Positions 19,292-20,000 of a stretch of DNA of 20,000 nucleotides are shown here, piece by piece. The notes below the pieces were generated by a model, which saw nothing but the letters and a program-made list of their open reading frames with translations, was not told where the DNA came from and searched no databases. The DNA is from Hydrurus foetidus. Taxonomy: Eukaryota. A program made the position numbers and the translations under genes. Where the stretch lies: NCBI GenBank assembly GCA_900617105.1, contig UYFQ01000417.1:44182-64181 (forward strand), written 5' to 3'. Numbering within the stretch: position 1 is the first letter of the stretch; each line of letters opens with the position of its first letter.

Positions 19292-20000
19292 TGTGGTCGT
19301 ACCGGGTATACCGGGCCTACGGGCCGTACCGGACCTTGTCACGATCCACCCGATCCTTCCGCCTACAGTACACATACAGCCCTACCACGACTAGCTAGCT
19401 AGCTGCAGCCTACTCGTAGAAGTTACCTAGCTTCTAGCTTAGTTGTAATCTAACTACTACCTACTCGTCTTTAGCTCTTCCCTCCATCCGGACTACAATA
19501 GCGCTATTCGTCCAATCTTTCTTCTACTACTTCTCAGTCCATCTATCTGTCCCCAACTTTTAGATAAGACCTCTGAGCTATCTATAGTCCGCCACGGCCG
19601 ACTTCTCTTGCAGCTTTGAGCTCAGAGAACCTTAGTTTAAGTTAGAGAAAGCCAGCATACCTGCTTTGAATCCCTAAGTTTGGGCTCTTCCATTCTTTAA
19701 GTTTCCGGTCGAAGTCGAAAGATCCTTCCCGAGATTCATTAAATATCTGCTCTGACGGTCGATTGAATAACGGATTCATCACCGCTGACATAAGATTAGT
19801 CAAGAGACGTCTTTTTGTCGCTGGAAAGCAGCAGCATATACCTTAAAAGGTACCCAGATTTTATACCACTCAAAATTTGGCTCTTAAGCCATTGGACTTT
19901 TCAGTCCAAGTGTTGGTTAGAATCTTCTAACGCATTGTTACTGACGAAACAGTACCCGTTAGCGAATAAGGCAAACCCCTTGCAAATTTTTTGACAAGAG
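19292..20000 (+). mobile_element. 5' part of a second, diverged element of the same LTR family (LTR 19292-19497 plus structured internal region), running off the window
   Basis: 206-bp TGTGGTC...GGACTACA LTR homologous to 8004-8209, followed by the same AATAGCGCTATT palindrome and sequence collinear with 8210-~8718. Confidence 0.93.
19498..20000 (+). ncRNA. Second copy (partial) of the structured RNA domain
   Basis: Same hairpin order as 8210-8718, with stems maintained by different sequences. Confidence 0.7.

Overview
Eukaryotic DNA with short GT-AG introns, probably from a protist (stramenopile-like, by inference only). Most of the window is a three-level transposon nest. A defective hAT element (1413-14759, with a 1.6-kb TGGCCGAG minisatellite) contains a two-gene Tc1/IS630 DD34E element with long TIRs (3821-14499). 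That element's transposase is interrupted by a young Ty3/Gypsy chromodomain LTR element (8004-14215, TSD GCAG, LTRs 205/206 identical). Two host genes follow: a GCIP/CCNDBP1-like gene and a GPR1/FUN34/SatP acetate transporter. A second, diverged member of the LTR family starts at 19292. The main finding is that the LTR element keeps an intact RT-RNaseH-integrase-chromodomain ORF but has no gag and at most a decayed protease. In place of gag is a ~940-nt chain of hairpins whose base pairing is kept by compensatory changes in the second copy. It starts at a palindrome where the tRNA primer site should be and ends in a tRNA T-arm-like hairpin.
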